A stretch of 64,000 bases of DNA from Fistulifera solaris (lineage: Eukaryota): contig AP026125.1 of NCBI GenBank assembly GCA_030295235.1, forward strand, positions 806,001 through 870,000. The letters run 5' to 3'. A program made the translations under genes and the position numbers. A model generated the notes under the pieces. The model made no database searches, was not told the origin of the DNA, and saw only the letters and a program-made list of their open reading frames with translations. Shown here piece by piece: positions 12,306-25,300 of this stretch. How positions within the stretch are numbered: the stretch's first letter is position 1; every line of letters begins with the position of its first letter.

Positions 12306-12966
12306 AACTAATTTTGACGAAATAATTGTGAAGCCTGAATGAATAGATGGATGCGCTCTTAGCTAACATTCGCGTTGGTGATAGACGCTCTCTAGCTAGA
12401 AGTTATCAGCCAGATAGATGATAGATGTCAAACGCGACAACCACTTACTCTACTAATCTGAGACGTCACGCTGCGTCACATGTCACATGTCACGTCATGG
12501 ATGACCGTTCACAAAATCATTTAAGGTCTCACGTGTCGTAGAGGTTACGTTTATTACGCCAAATGCCAATTGCCGAATAATGCCGTTAAGTTTCTGTACG
12601 TTGTACTTTAACAAGGATTGTCGAGGATTTCTTCCAAGTGGATTCTTTCGTCTACGATTTTGTTCCAACGAAAAGACAGGTGACTGTACACCAAAGACCA
12701 TACAAAAAGTAGCAGCTTCATTGCAAACTGTAGCCATCCGGTAATGAATCCAGTCGGAGTTCAATCCCGCTTTCCCGCCTCCGCCATTTTCACCCACTCA
12801 GATGCAAAGAGACCGCCCACTCAGCAATCAGCACAGCACGCGCAATAAAATCCGAAGCTTTGTTACAAAATAAAAACTCTGGAGACACGATACCCTCGTT
12901 GACGATAATCGGTAAACAATTTTATTGTTAGTGCCGATCCTTTGTAATTATTTTATTTCATCGAAC

Positions 12967-14414
12967 ATGACGACCAAGGCCTCGGATATTAGTCAAGATG
13001 TTCCCATCTTTCTACGCAGTAAGTTTTTCAATGCGGCGGTCACACCCGTACAGCGTCTACTGTTTCCCACGTGAAGCGGATCGGACATTTCATCTCTTTC
13101 GATACTTGAGTTCTTCTTCTTTATCCTGCAATGATTAGTTCATTTCAACTAACACTTTTCTCTTTGTTCGACTCACTTTGTTATTCCTGTTAATCGTATT
13201 CAGAAACGTTTCATATGATCGATACCTGCGACGCCAGCATTGCAGGATGGTCCGACGATGGTGAAACGTTTGTTGTGAAGGACCCCGTCAAATTTGAACG
13301 CACCATTATCCCGCAATTCTTCAAGCATTCGAAATTCAGCAGCTTTGTGAGGGTAAGTACGATCAAAACCTCTAAGTTTGGTGAGCACAAGGCATTTATC
13401 TAACTCACGCTGTTCCCGATCGTGCAGCAATTAAATTTCTACTCGTTCCGTAAGATCAAGTACGTCGATAGCATTCGCATTGATCCCAAGTTGGAAGCGG
13501 AGACTGCAAACTTTTGGCGATTTCGGCATGAAAACTTTCGAAAGGGTCGACCGGATCTGTTAACGGAAATCAAGCGGATGAATGGCCAGAAGAGCACTAC
13601 CTCTCCTTCGGACAAATTACCCACCAAAGAAGTACAGTCAATAGAAGTCGAAAGTAGTACTGAAGTAGAAGTACAAACGCTCAAGAAACGCATTGAAGAG
13701 ATGACAAAGAATATCGATAGCCTCACGGCGATGGTGAAGAAAGTGAGTCTCAAGCAGGAGGAACAACTGAGCAAACCGACCGTGAATGATAATGTTCCTG
13801 TAGGATCGAAGCGAGTCAAAATGGATTTGTCGGAAGATGAAGATAAACCGGACGCGATGCTAAGTAACATGGATCTTGATGATATGGTTCTGCCGGTTCT
13901 GTCCATCCCTGAGCCCGAAGCCATCGTACATCGAGAAACCACCGACTGTACGCAAGTCAGCGATAATCAGTTTGTTGACGAGCTCTTTAACGCCTTTACT
14001 GAGGACGACGAAGACTTGCTTATCGGATCATTGCACGGAAGTTCACAATCGAAAAATGAGACCTGGGAAGAATCTAACCGACCCGACCCTGAGATGATGA
14101 ACCGACTCAGCAATGCATTGGCGTTGTTGCCGAAGGACCTTCAATGTATGATCATTGATCGTCTTATTGCGGCCATCATGAGCTCTGACGCACTTGAGAA
14201 CAGTGCTTTTATCGCTGCCGCAATTCAAGACGCGGAATTAAAAAAGGTACTTCCAGCGGATGTAACGCCTGCTACTCCAGAAGAAAAGACGAAGCCCTTC
14301 AATGTGGCAGCTGCTACACTTGCCGCCATGTTACATCACTACAATTCCCAAGTCAAGGAGAAACACCCCAAGTCGGAACATAAATCAATTCCGGTCATCC
14401 CTGTTCATGCTTAA
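12967..14414 (+). CDS. Heat shock transcription factor; introns 13019-13203 and 13353-13427
   Basis: Spliced DBD VPIFLRKTFHMID..WSDDGETFVVKD..FFKHSKFSSFVRQLNFYSFRK..FRHENFRKGRPDLL.EIKR, followed by a heptad coiled coil. Confidence 0.93.
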
Positions 14415-14629
14415 AGCAGAGGTACCTGTGTATACGATTCGCCTGAGGAACTCGTGAATTGAAGAAAGATCTTTGAAGTCACTTGATCTGCTTATTTGCA
14501 TCATCTTTACGCATTAAAAACTGCAGGACTGAGGAATGCTAGCGCAAACGGCGCTTGTTTAGGTCGCCCACCAGTCAGTTTTCTACATATTTTTATCTAC
14601 GTAGCTTTTAACCTTAGAAAAAGAATTTT

Positions 14630-17246
14630 TACACAATGAGTCCCGTCACAGCTACCTCTTCTTCCCTCCCCCCTGCTTTCTTAGCAGCTTTTCGTTCACG
14701 AGATGAGCTAAACGATGACGATGTTCCTCCGCTTTTCACAGGCGAAAGTTCGCTCGGGCGCCCTTTCACCCGAGATAGGATAACTGCAAGACGACGACGA
14801 GAGTCGGGGACGCTCTTGTATCCGCAACGTCATCATTTTGTTCCCAAACGCTGTCATAGTCCCAGACACCGATCTCGTGTCGCTTGAGCACCAATGGTCG
14901 GGCAACATCTATGCCATTAGCTGAAGCGCTAGCGAAATCACCGACAAAAGACGGCATGACTGCAATTTCATCAGGAGAGGAAACGATATCTGACGAGCTC
15001 ACGACTGAAGCCTGCATTCCATCCAAATCGCCCTCCTGAATAATCACAACCATTTCGCCGTCCACAGGATTGTAGTCGTTTGGCAAAATTTTGATGCCAC
15101 GTTCCTTCAATCGCTCCTTCTCAGTCTTCACCTGTTTTCTTACGACTCTTATTTGCGTTATCGTTTCGCCAACAATCTCCAGAGGGGATCCATTTTGTGC
15201 CTTATTTAGCTCCCAGTAACATGAGTTCAGTCTGCTTTCCAGTCTTTGAAAATGCTCATCATATGAGGAAGCCAGCGAAAGCATCGCTCTACGGATACGC
15301 TCCATATCTTCGCGGTAGAGTTCGGCTTGCGCTCGTGCTTCTTCGGCAAGCTGGATCTGTTTCTGTAATGATGTATTCAAAGCGTGGTAGGTCGAAGCAT
15401 TCTGAGCACTGTCGCTGTTTTGGGCAAGAAGATTTTCTGCTCTCTGGAGTACGTCCATAGGGAGTGGAGGAGAACAGCGATTAGCCGCCCCGAGCGCATA
15501 CGACTCCCCGATTATCCCGTACTGGAGTTGAAAAGCAGGCAGGCTAAATTTCGACCTCTGTTCAGCGTTTGGTTTAAGAAGTACTGCAGCGCATTCATAC
15601 ATCTCGTTTTCAAATGACAGACTTTTCAGACGTGTTGAATGAGTCGTTGCAATGACACGACAGGAAGTAATAGCGGATAGTTTGTCAAGGATTGCTTCCG
15701 CTATAGCCCCGCCAGCGTTGGCTTCTGTACCAGCACCGAGCTCGTCCATGATGATAAGATGCGATGAAGGTTGAGACAACGTACTTTCCGACAAAACGCT
15801 GTTTAGAATACCAGAATATGTCGATAATTGGGCTGTGAAAGTGGACTGTCCATTTTCCGAGTCTTGCCCGTCACCGATGGAAACATGTAGGACATCAAAG
15901 AAGTCTACTCGTGGCCGATCATGCACATGAGGGCTCATTGGTATCGGAACACCGGCTTTAGAGAACGCCGAAACAATGCCAAACGCTTTTGCAGCTAGTG
16001 TTTTCCCTCCACCGTTCGGTCCACCAATAATCAGTATTCGCTTGTTGTCATTCATCTGGAGGTCTATCGGAACAACCATGCGGTCATGTACCATTCGTTG
16101 GAGTAGGAGAGGGTGCCTGAATTGCTTCACGTCAATACATCCATTCAGATCCATTGACGGTATTTGACCACCAGACATTACGCTGTAAGCAGCTTTCGCG
16201 AAGCAAGAGTCGATTTTCGCCACCTTCTCCAATCCCTCATCGATAGCTTGAAGTTCACTGCACATGATCCGTACAAAACCATTTTTGATCTCGTCTTCTC
16301 GAGCGTCAATTTCAGCTGTCAAATCAATAATCTTGGCTTCAGAAACACCAATCGACCTGTATTCACTAAGCTTATCTTCCAGAATACCCATAACCGGAAA
16401 TTTATCGCGGTTGATTTGAAAGGTGTAAGAATTACGACCCGTTGGATCGGTAATGGATCGTACGCGCACAACTTTTACAGAACCATGAATCTCCTCCCAA
16501 ACTGGTTCAAGTGCCAAGGCATTGATCTGAAGACCGATAGCGGCGAGACGAGGCATCCATGTTTGACTTTGTTCTGCCCATCTATGAGCATTCAATAAAG
16601 TTTCGATCACTTTTTCGGCCTGTAGAATATGCTCCAACGTCCACTCTTCCGTGGATGAGAAAAGCAACCAGTCATCGTAATCTGTCAAGGGTATTGTTTT
16701 GGTATCGAAAGGTCCTAAGTCATCGCCATAAATTGAGGGATGAGTTAAATTGAGACCATTGTCACAATTCAAAACACGAATAGCCTCTTCCGTCAAATCA
16801 TACAATTCCTTTGCTTCCTGCACCGATTGAGCAATCGACACGCTCGAATGAGCCCTACTTCTTTGTCCCAGTATTGTGTAATCGGATCGAGAGACACGAC
16901 GGCGCTTGGCATGAACTGGTGAACTGTGAAAAGGATTTGTGGGTACTGCCGTATCTTTTCTACCTACATAACGCATGATTGCATTGTATCCTCGCTTCGT
17001 ACCCGTGTGAGCAGCAATATCGCTGAATATAGGGTACAGGTCGAGGGAGCGCACCAATTCCGAAGGAAATTCTTCCACGTCATCGCTCTTATCATCCTTT
17101 GAACCAAAGAGAGTCACATCATGAGGTTCTCGAGACCATCTTTTCCACGTAGAGTGCGAGGTAGTGGTACGTAGAGAAGTTGCCGACCAACTGAATGTAA
17201 CGGCGGAGAAGGGGAGCAAAGGAAGAATCACGTATTTTGAAAGCAT
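14630..17246 (-). CDS. MutS2-like ATPase, probably organelle-targeted, no Smr domain seen; 3' end approximate (apparent frameshift near 14808)
   Basis: FRHPLL, Walker A GPNGGGKT, STF, Walker B IMDELGAGT, TTH and GESYA motifs, then a coiled coil and a KOW-like segment. Confidence 0.85.
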
Positions 17247-17829
17247 TTTACTGGCGCAATAAACACAACCGTTATTCACGCTTTGGATGAACTAAAGGTG
17301 CACCATTACAATGCGTTCATTACGCCGTCGCAGATAGGAAAGTTAACATAGATAGAAATCAAGATGAAATCGGTGGTGTGGAATATTGGTAATATTGCAA
17401 ATGTATGATGTCTGTAGCGTTTAGCGTTCGTCTTCATTCTTCGTCATCATTCATTCATCATTCATTCTCGTTTCGAGTTTTTCAAAAAGCGCGCAAAAAA
17501 ATGACGTCCCAAAAAACAAAAAAAAACTGGTTAAGTAAGATACTATAAAGAGTACCGGTAAGCTTCTAAGCTTATTTTCAACTACCAGGTATTAACTTTA
17601 GTACTCCAATACTCAGTCGACTGAAGTTTCTGCAAGGCTTTTCGGCGCACTGAATCCAGGCATGCATTTAATGTAATGTTACTAAACGATTATGTTTTTG
17701 ATCATGGGGGTTTCCAATGTAAGGAACGACGAATGGAGCTCAAAACATGATGAACGAACGGACATTATTAATTCATTATCGAAGTCGTGGCGAAAAACGG
17801 ACAACACTTCACTCGATAGTAAATACGAA

Positions 17830-18226
17830 AGACAACGTTTCGCAAGGCTCTTCGACGTAAAAAAAATATTGGTGTGTAATGAAAAACGCTGCAATAACCT
17901 TGTTTGATTGCAACGATGACAAATGAAGCTCAAGAGACTTTGACGAACGAATGAATTGTTGGTAACATTATTGTTGCACGAAAGAAGATTGATTCGTGAC
18001 TGAAGTGCAGTCGTGGATAAGTTGATAGTAAACTCTAGAAAAAATACGGCCGTATTTTTTAGGTAAACTTTGGAATATACTACGTACAGTATTAGAATAC
18101 GACACACAACGTCTCGCAGGTTTTTCGACGGAAAAGTATCAAGGCGCGTAACCTTGATGCAAACGCTGCTAAAGCCTATTTGATTGCAACAACGAAAAAT
18201 GGATCTAAAGAAAAATTAGCGAATGA
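17830..18226. repeat. Degenerate duplicated segment (~17830-17950 and ~18105-18226)
   Basis: Colinear blocks acaacgt-tcgca, ttcgacg, aaacgctgc, tttgattgcaac and aaatg occur in both, ~275 bp apart. Confidence 0.6.
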
Positions 18227-18406
18227 GCCGTGCTGAAGAATTATGAGAAAGTGAGAATTGCCATATTGAGTAAATTCTAGCAATTTTTTTCATTTACAGA
18301 ATCGTGTTCCCGCTCAGAAAAATTGAAGTTACTTGCCGGTAGTTGTTTTAGCGTAACGTGGATAATCACTTTCTTTTATATCTCGTACAGCACTCATTTT
18401 CCTGAT

Positions 18407-19405
18407 CTAATAAAGCTTAACAGCGCTCTTCACAGGAACGCCGTCCGACCATTGACCCATATCAAACCCGAGGTCAGTTACAGCCGTTCCACCAATAACT
18501 TGGTCAAGAGCAGACCATGTAAATCTCCAATCAAAACTGTCCTGTCTAGCTTCCCTCCTCTTCGCCAGTGGCTGTATATGATCGGCACTCAATGAAGGAT
18601 GGCCGTGTTTGTCGCTTTGTGCTTGATACCAAGCCTTACTTGTGCTGCCAAGAGCCTCGTATGATGGTAAAATATCTTGTTCGGAGGCAATCGTGTCATC
18701 ATTACCATGGATTACCGCAATCGGAAAGGTTGTACTAGGAGCCGCTTCTGGCACATCAATGTCCTCTCCGAATCGAAAGAAAAAGAGAGTGGTAATAATG
18801 CCAGGAATGGCACTGAATCCCGCTGGTTGCGGGCTCGCAACAACAGCCGCCTCGATTGGATCAACGGTGTTTAATGATCCCCACATCATTGCAAATGCGC
18901 CTCCCATCGAATGGCCATACAAAAATACTTTTCCGACAGACGGAAGTGAATCGAGTGCTTCAGTGACAACCTCCCCAGCACGTTTGACCCATCTTGCCGG
19001 CGATGATCTTTGCGAGAGCTGAACTGCCCATCCAAGTAACTTCCCACGAAATATTTCACAAGATCCTTCCTGCATTTGCGGGTAAATTACATAGTTCCCT
19101 TGTTTCACAAGATGTTCAATATGTCCTTCATAAAAGTCTGGGCTTGTAATTCCGAACCCGTGTAAGTATACAATGGCATCAGTTGGATCGGATTTGGGTA
19201 TCTGGGGTGAATATATCCAAACACGTGTGCCATGCAGACAGCTTCCTTGCTCTCGAACCGAAAAATTCGGTGAAATGTATGTGAAATCGGGTTTGGCGGG
19301 CGGTTTGGCTTCTCTTCCAATATCTGCTGTGACGAGATGGACCGGAGCCAGCACGAGCACAATAATTATTCTCCAGACAATCATCTTGTAGTTTGGTTGT
19401 GGCAT
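18407..19405 (-). CDS. Secreted alpha/beta hydrolase (esterase/lipase fold), intronless
   Basis: Signal peptide, YLHGFG oxyanion loop, GHSMGG nucleophile elbow, IHGNDD acid residue and candidate His in SADH. Confidence 0.85.
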   Translation of the reverse strand: MPQPNYKMIVWRIIIVLVLAPVHLVTADIGREAKPPAKPDFTYISPNFSVREQGSCLHGTRVWIYSPQIPKSDPTDAIVYLHGFGITSPDFYEGHIEHLVKQGNYVIYPQMQEGSCEIFRGKLLGWAVQLSQRSSPARWVKRAGEVVTEALDSLPSVGKVFLYGHSMGGAFAMMWGSLNTVDPIEAAVVASPQPAGFSAIPGIITTLFFFRFGEDIDVPEAAPSTTFPIAVIHGNDDTIASEQDILPSYEALGSTSKAWYQAQSDKHGHPSLSADHIQPLAKRREARQDSFDWRFTWSALDQVIGGTAVTDLGFDMGQWSDGVPVKSAVKLY

Positions 19406-19922
19406 TCGATTACAAGTTCCAAGTTTTCGCGTTTGTTGTTGTCAACAAGGAAGCGGTGGAAAATAAAAACGTAAACTTTCAAACGACAACTCCCTTTGGC
19501 GAAAAGGTGCCTACATCGTAGACTATAGTGCGACATGCTTGCTCGCTTCTCTAAACTAGAAAGTAGTCTTGGCCCAATCTTTTGTATCTATAAATGCCGA
19601 TGCGATGACTTTACCTACGACTAAATGTCGCACGCACGAATGAAGACTGACGAAACAACGAGAAAAGAGAAACGAGAACAACGAACAAGACCGGCGGACA
19701 CACGCACAAGATACAATTGAAGAGGAATTTGGAATCTTGAAGAGGACCATTTCCATGCACCTTGCACCTTGCGTTTTCTTGAAGCTGCGAAGATCGCAGG
19801 ACGCCTACGTTCGACGTGTGGTAGAGATCCTACGTAAAACTGGCGAATGCCGTAGGTCATCCTATCTTTCTCATCATCTTCAATCATCACTTTCTCTCTT
19901 TGTCAAAGTAAACGATAGCACC

Positions 19923-20561
19923 ATGATGTCACGAATCCTTGCTCTTTTTGCCCTTATCGCATCGGCCTCTGCCTTTGTCCCCGCCAGCACTTCGGCAGGT
20001 ATGTTGAAACGAGGATCTAGCACAATCGTTGAGCTCAAAGCAGAGATGCAGCAACCTCCGGCACTATGCGGGCCGTGCGGACGATGCGTTGAGACTCTTA
20101 TTTGCTTTCATAGAATGTTTAGATGCATCTCTGCAAGATCAGTATGTTTAGAACGTCACAGAGAATGAGCTATGAATTTTGAGATCAAATCAATCATCAA
20201 TAGTCTTCGCATTCCGAATCCTTTATGTCATACCTTTTTCTCACTGTACTCTTTGCCTTTTTTCAATTCCACAGCTTTCGGCGTTGCCAAGAGCTCCAGT
20301 GCTTTGAGCATGGCCATGCAAGTCCCTGATGTCAAGAAGGGTATTGCCGCTGCCGTCGCTGGTGCCATGCCCGCCATCCTTTCCTCCACTGCCGCTGTTG
20401 CGACTGAGGGAACAAATGAATGGTTCGGTGTTGACGATCTTCGTCTTTTGGGTGTTCTATTCATCGGTCACTGGTTCATCCTTACTTTGTGGTTCCAGGA
20501 ATACGGCAAGTACGACGAGGAGGAGGACTTCTTTGGCGAAATTGACTACACACGCAAGTAA
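19923..20561 (+). CDS. psbW: Photosystem II PsbW-like small subunit; intron 19999-20274
   Basis: ASA-F plastid presequence, Ala-rich thylakoid signal, mature TEGTNEWFG + one TM helix + acidic tail, matching the PsbW pattern. Confidence 0.72.
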
Positions 20562-20834
20562 ATTAGTCTAAAATGTACTTGGGGACGTTGCAGTCGCTTG
20601 GCTACAGCGTGCTTTTGGCTTTCACTTGAAACGTTTAACTCATAGACGAATAAAGCGTTAGAGTGGTCTTTTTATAGCTACCTGGTATTACTCGTCTGTG
20701 CGTTTGTTAGAAGGATTACTGGTATTACGATGTCATCAGAAATACTGTAGTCTACATCGATCGAAAGGATTCATGTAATAAGTCGAAATTGGGTAACCAG
20801 ATAGACAAAATGAATTTAAATTTATTAATTACTG

Positions 20835-21296
20835 TTAGTTCGGTGAAAAGATAGAGGAACTATCTTTGGAGAAATCCATTTCACTCGCAGCCGACGGTGA
20901 AGGCGATTCCATCATGGAATCAAACGAAGGAGGACTTTTCACCGGAGTCGATTGCTGCTGTTGCTCTCCGTGCACTTGACTAGCGTATTTTTGCCAGAAC
21001 CGAGGCATGGGAGGTAGCGTCTTAAGATCTACGGCGTTCTGTTTTTGCAAAATCGCTCGTTGCCGCGCCAGCGCTGACTGGCTATCATTGACGGCGAAAC
21101 CGAGAGGTTCAGGAGCTGTCGGTAGAACTTCGCGACGCAATCGTTCCAATCGCTCTATTTCCTGTTGTTCTAACCTTTCTAGTCTAATGGTCGGAAAGTA
21201 TGAGAACACTAGCACCGTCGAAAAAAATGATTTTTATCATCGCACAGAATAAAATCTTACCCTGATTCGGTTTCTTCTTTTGGACGGGGAAACCAT
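20835..21296 (-). CDS. Small hypothetical protein, probable intron ~21184-21260
   Basis: MVSPSKRRNRIR exon followed by GTAAG, then coding-like ORF LERLEQQEIERLERLRR. The splice frame is off by one base, so the model is uncertain. Confidence 0.45.
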
Positions 21297-21912
21297 TGCG
21301 GCTCTAAATGACTGTGCAGCAAGTTCTCAGGAAGTCGAAAGGATGACATGATAAAGTTGCAATCACTTTTTATGTATGAAACACTTCATCCTGGTACCTG
21401 GTAAAGCAAGAAAGAGTATGAAGCGTTTGAATGCAACTGATCGAAAAACGCCCTTTTTGCCTTTACAATCCCCTTGCAAAATTTCACGGATTTTAGTTAG
21501 TAAGACGACATGGATTGCACTTAGCAGTTTAAAACCACAAAGTAACTATAGGCTAATATGTAAGATGAAAACCATAACGTTTCGGTGAAAAAATCAACAT
21601 ATTAAGGTTATCCAGCTTTTAGAGGTAAAACCTTAATAGAAGTTTTGAAACGGAGAATCATTTATGGATATCATTCTACACATTCGATCATAGTCCCGAA
21701 GCGGTTTTATTCGATTAAATACAATCCAAATTAATTTACGTCGTAGCAATAAGTAGAATCCGTAAAATTCTGCAAGGGGATCGTAAGGCAAAATCCGTCA
21801 AAAGTGGACGAACGAAGAAAACACCACCGATCACAAAAAGCAAAGCGAAAATCAGCCAGTCCGCCTTTTATTGTCTTGCTCATTCAGACTATCCATCATT
21901 AATCAACATCCA

Positions 21913-24135
21913 ATGTCAGCTTTTGCTGTCTTACGCTCTTCTCTGCGCACGCAGCTCCGCCGCAGTGCAATTCGAGCTGTAGCGGGCGGAAACGTACAGC
22001 AGCATATCCTGCCGTCACAACGAATGGCAGCCATCCAGCATCGCTCTTTTTCATCATCACCGTCCGAGTCACATGAGTTTCAAGCGGAAACTCGTCAGTT
22101 GCTGGATATTGTGACTCATTCCTTGTATACGGATAAGGAAGTCTTTCTGAGAGAACTAGTATCAAATGCGAGTGATTCATTAGAAAAGTTGCGTCACATG
22201 CAAGCGACCGGCACGGCGATTGTCGATCCCGACGTGCCACTCGAAATTCGAATCGAGTTGGACGAAGTGACTAGTACTATTACCATTACAGATACCGGCA
22301 TTGGTCTCACTCGGGAGGAAATGATATCCAATTTAGGAACCATTGCCCGATCGGGGTCCAAAAACTTCGTGCAGCAATTACAGCAGGCAGCAACGACGGG
22401 AGTCGATCCATCCAAAGGAATTATTGGACGATTTGGCGTGGGATTTTACAGTGCCTTCATGGTAGGATCTAAAGTGGACGTTCGATCCAAGTCAGCGCTA
22501 GCGGAAAATGAAAGCTTGTCGCCGAAAGTGTGGACATCGGAAGGGACGGGCACGTACGAAATTACGGATCTGGATGAAGGCGTACGACAAAGTCGAGGAT
22601 CCTCCATTGTCATTCATTTGAAAGAAGATTACTGGGATTTTATCAACGAAAGTCGCATTGAGAAGATCCTTAAGCGATATTCGAACTTCGTGGGTTTTCC
22701 AATCTATTTAAATGGAAATCGTGTGAACACTTTGGACGCTATTTGGACTAAGGATCCGAAAGAAGTCGAGCACGATGCATATGTTGACTTCTATAAATAC
22801 ATCGCCAATGCTGTGGACGATCCGTTGGATATATATGTAAGTCAATTGCGTTGCTTTTGATGAATCATCGTGCTTTTCGATACTGACCGCACTTCGTAGC
22901 ATTTCCGAGCCGATGCCCCCATTGATGTGAAAGCCCTTTTCTTCATTCCGTCGTTCCATTCAGAGAAGTATGGCATGGGCCGAATGGAACCGGGTGTTTC
23001 TCTTTACAGTCGAAAAGTCTTGATCGAATCGAAAAGTCCAGATATATTGCCCGAATGGTTGCGATTTGTCAAGGGTGTTGTCGATTCGGAGGATTTACCG
23101 TTGGCTATTTCTAGAGAAAAAGCTCAGGACTCAAACCTCATTGCCAAACTGAAACGAGTCTTGACACGAAAGTTTATAGCCCATCTCTCGAAAATGGTCA
23201 AAGATGACAAGGACAAGTTCATTGACGAATTCTATCGCGAGTACTCCTTCTTTCTCAAAGAAGGCATCTGTCAGGATTACGAGTTTCAACAACCGTTGGC
23301 AAAGTTGATGTATTTTGAAACGTCTAGAAATACAGGCAAGGATCTCATCTCACTCGATGAATACATTGGTCGCATGCAACCTGAACAAAAGGACATATAT
23401 TACATCGTTTCTCCTACGCGCGAAGCAGCATTGAACAGTCCTTATCTCGAAGCGTTTGACAAGGCCGGTGTTGAAGTGCTGTTTTTGTTTACTGCCATTG
23501 ATGACTTTGTGATGGCTAACCTGGATCAGTACGAAAGTCGAAAGCTCGTTTCCGTCGAAAAAGGAGACATTGATCTGAGTGCCTTGAAGAAAGGCGAGGA
23601 CGACGAAGACGACGATTCGTCCAGCATCTATAAATCAGACCGCGAGCTGTCCCCCACAGAAGTGATTGAGTTTTGCCATTGGTTTAAAATGGAGGTCGGT
23701 GAAAGCAAAGTAGCGTCATGCACTGCTACCAATCGACTATCCACGTCTCCAGCAATCGTCACAGATAACGAGTCGGGTGCCATGCGACGCATGATGAGAC
23801 TTGTCGACACGAGCGAAGGAAATAGAGATGGAATCCCGCTGCCGAAACAAAATGTCGAGATCAATCCGAAACACCCAGTCATCGTCGGCATTTATGACTT
23901 GAAAGAGAAAGAGCCCACACTGGCTCGGGTACTCGCCGAACAAGTATACGACAACTGCTTGGTGGCTGCCGGTCTTTTAGACGACAGTCGTTCGATGCTA
24001 CCCCGCATCAATGATCTGTTAGTTTGTGTCGTCAATGGCGCCAAATTACAAGGTGGATCCAAAGTTGATGATTCTTCAAGCAGTGAGAGCGATAGCGACA
24101 ACGAAAGCAAGCCCGAAGAAGGAAAGAAAGAGTGA
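21913..24135 (+). CDS. TRAP1: Mitochondrial Hsp90 (TRAP1/Hsp75); intron 22837-22899
   Basis: Arg/Ser-rich presequence, EFQAET, FLRELVSNASD, NLGTIARSGS, GRFGVGFYSAF, LYSRKVLI, GVVDSEDLPL and EINPKHP. No MEEVD or KDEL tail. Confidence 0.93.
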
Positions 24136-24750
24136 TTTTTAGAGAACAGTAAGAGTTTTAAGGGTAGTGTAATTAGGTCCTCATTTAGCTAGTTTTATAC
24201 ATATGCGTCTTGAAAGTTTCCAATGTCTCCCCGTCAAGTCAGAGGCTTGCCTATCCACCATGAAAAAGGTCTACGCGTATTCTGTACAGTGCTTGTTAAG
24301 AACAATTCTTCAAACTCTCGGATATACTTATGAAAAGCAAAATGACGACGATGTAGCGCTTGTGCTACATGAGAGGACCGATCTCGGAGATTTGAAAAAG
24401 ATTCAGATGATGCTGTCGAGTTTCGTGGCGCCGAAGGGACTGCAGGTAGCACCCTTTCGTCAATCTCCAAATTTGTGCATAATGCAGGTGGTTTTTTAAA
24501 ATAATCCTTTCGTTTCGTTGCAACAGTTAAAAAATTCGAGGCGTTTCTTCGAGCATCATGCGTTTGGTTATGTAGTGCCTCGTCCTTTGTCTTCATGTTT
24601 GTGTGCTTGCAAAGACTGACATTGGGTGCATTAAGGCCTGTGTAAAGCAAACTGTTTCTATTTCACGAAGAAAAGTTATTTATAACAAGATGTAAATCAT
24701 CACGGGGGCGTCTTTTTATTGCTCGTCGCAAAGAAAACTCAACGCATCAT

Positions 24751-25201
24751 TGTCACGGAAATGCGGATAGCGGGCAGACTACTAGGGACTCAGCCAATAT
24801 GGCCGCACGACCTAATGCGAATTCCGATCCCCAAATCGGAAGCATCCGAATGTAACCTCTTGGGCGAGGCCCAAGGGTCTTTGCACGATTTGGGTTGATC
24901 GTGAAGGCGTGAAAGGTTTGCAAGCAACGCGATACAAGAATGTTAGAGCCACATACGTGAGCTCAGAATTTCAAGATAAAACAAGACCTAGTCCGATGGC
25001 AGTGACATTCTCGGCGGAACCATCACCCAGTGAGATTCCACCTTGTTCATTTGTCGGATTTGTAAAGGCTTCATAATATTGTTGTTTGGAAAACTTTGAC
25101 TGTTTATCGTCTTAGCTCTACCAGATACTTCCTCTTCTGTTGTTGCGAAACGTAGCGACTTGGTTGACAGAATTTCTGTTTCTGTCCGTCGATACGTGAG
25201 A
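24751..25201 (+). repeat. 5' LTR
   Basis: TGTCACG...CGTGAGA; no differences from 31389-31839 found by eye. Confidence 0.96.
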
Positions 25202-25215
25202 GGTTACGAGCCCAG
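25202..25215 (+). promoter_or_regulatory. Primer-binding site, half-tRNA-iMet type
   Basis: GGTTACGAGCCCAG directly abuts the LTR and is one base from GGTTATGAGCCC, the complement of the initiator tRNA anticodon arm. Confidence 0.7.
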
Positions 25216-25300
25216 ATTCACACTATCTGGTACAGTCTTTGCAGTTGTTTGATACACGTGCCCTACTTACTCCCTTTTGTCGTCTTTCGTTATTCGCGAT

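Noticed and set aside
24203..24650. Short ORFs between TRAP1 and the LTR
   Set aside because: No recognisable motifs or splice structure.
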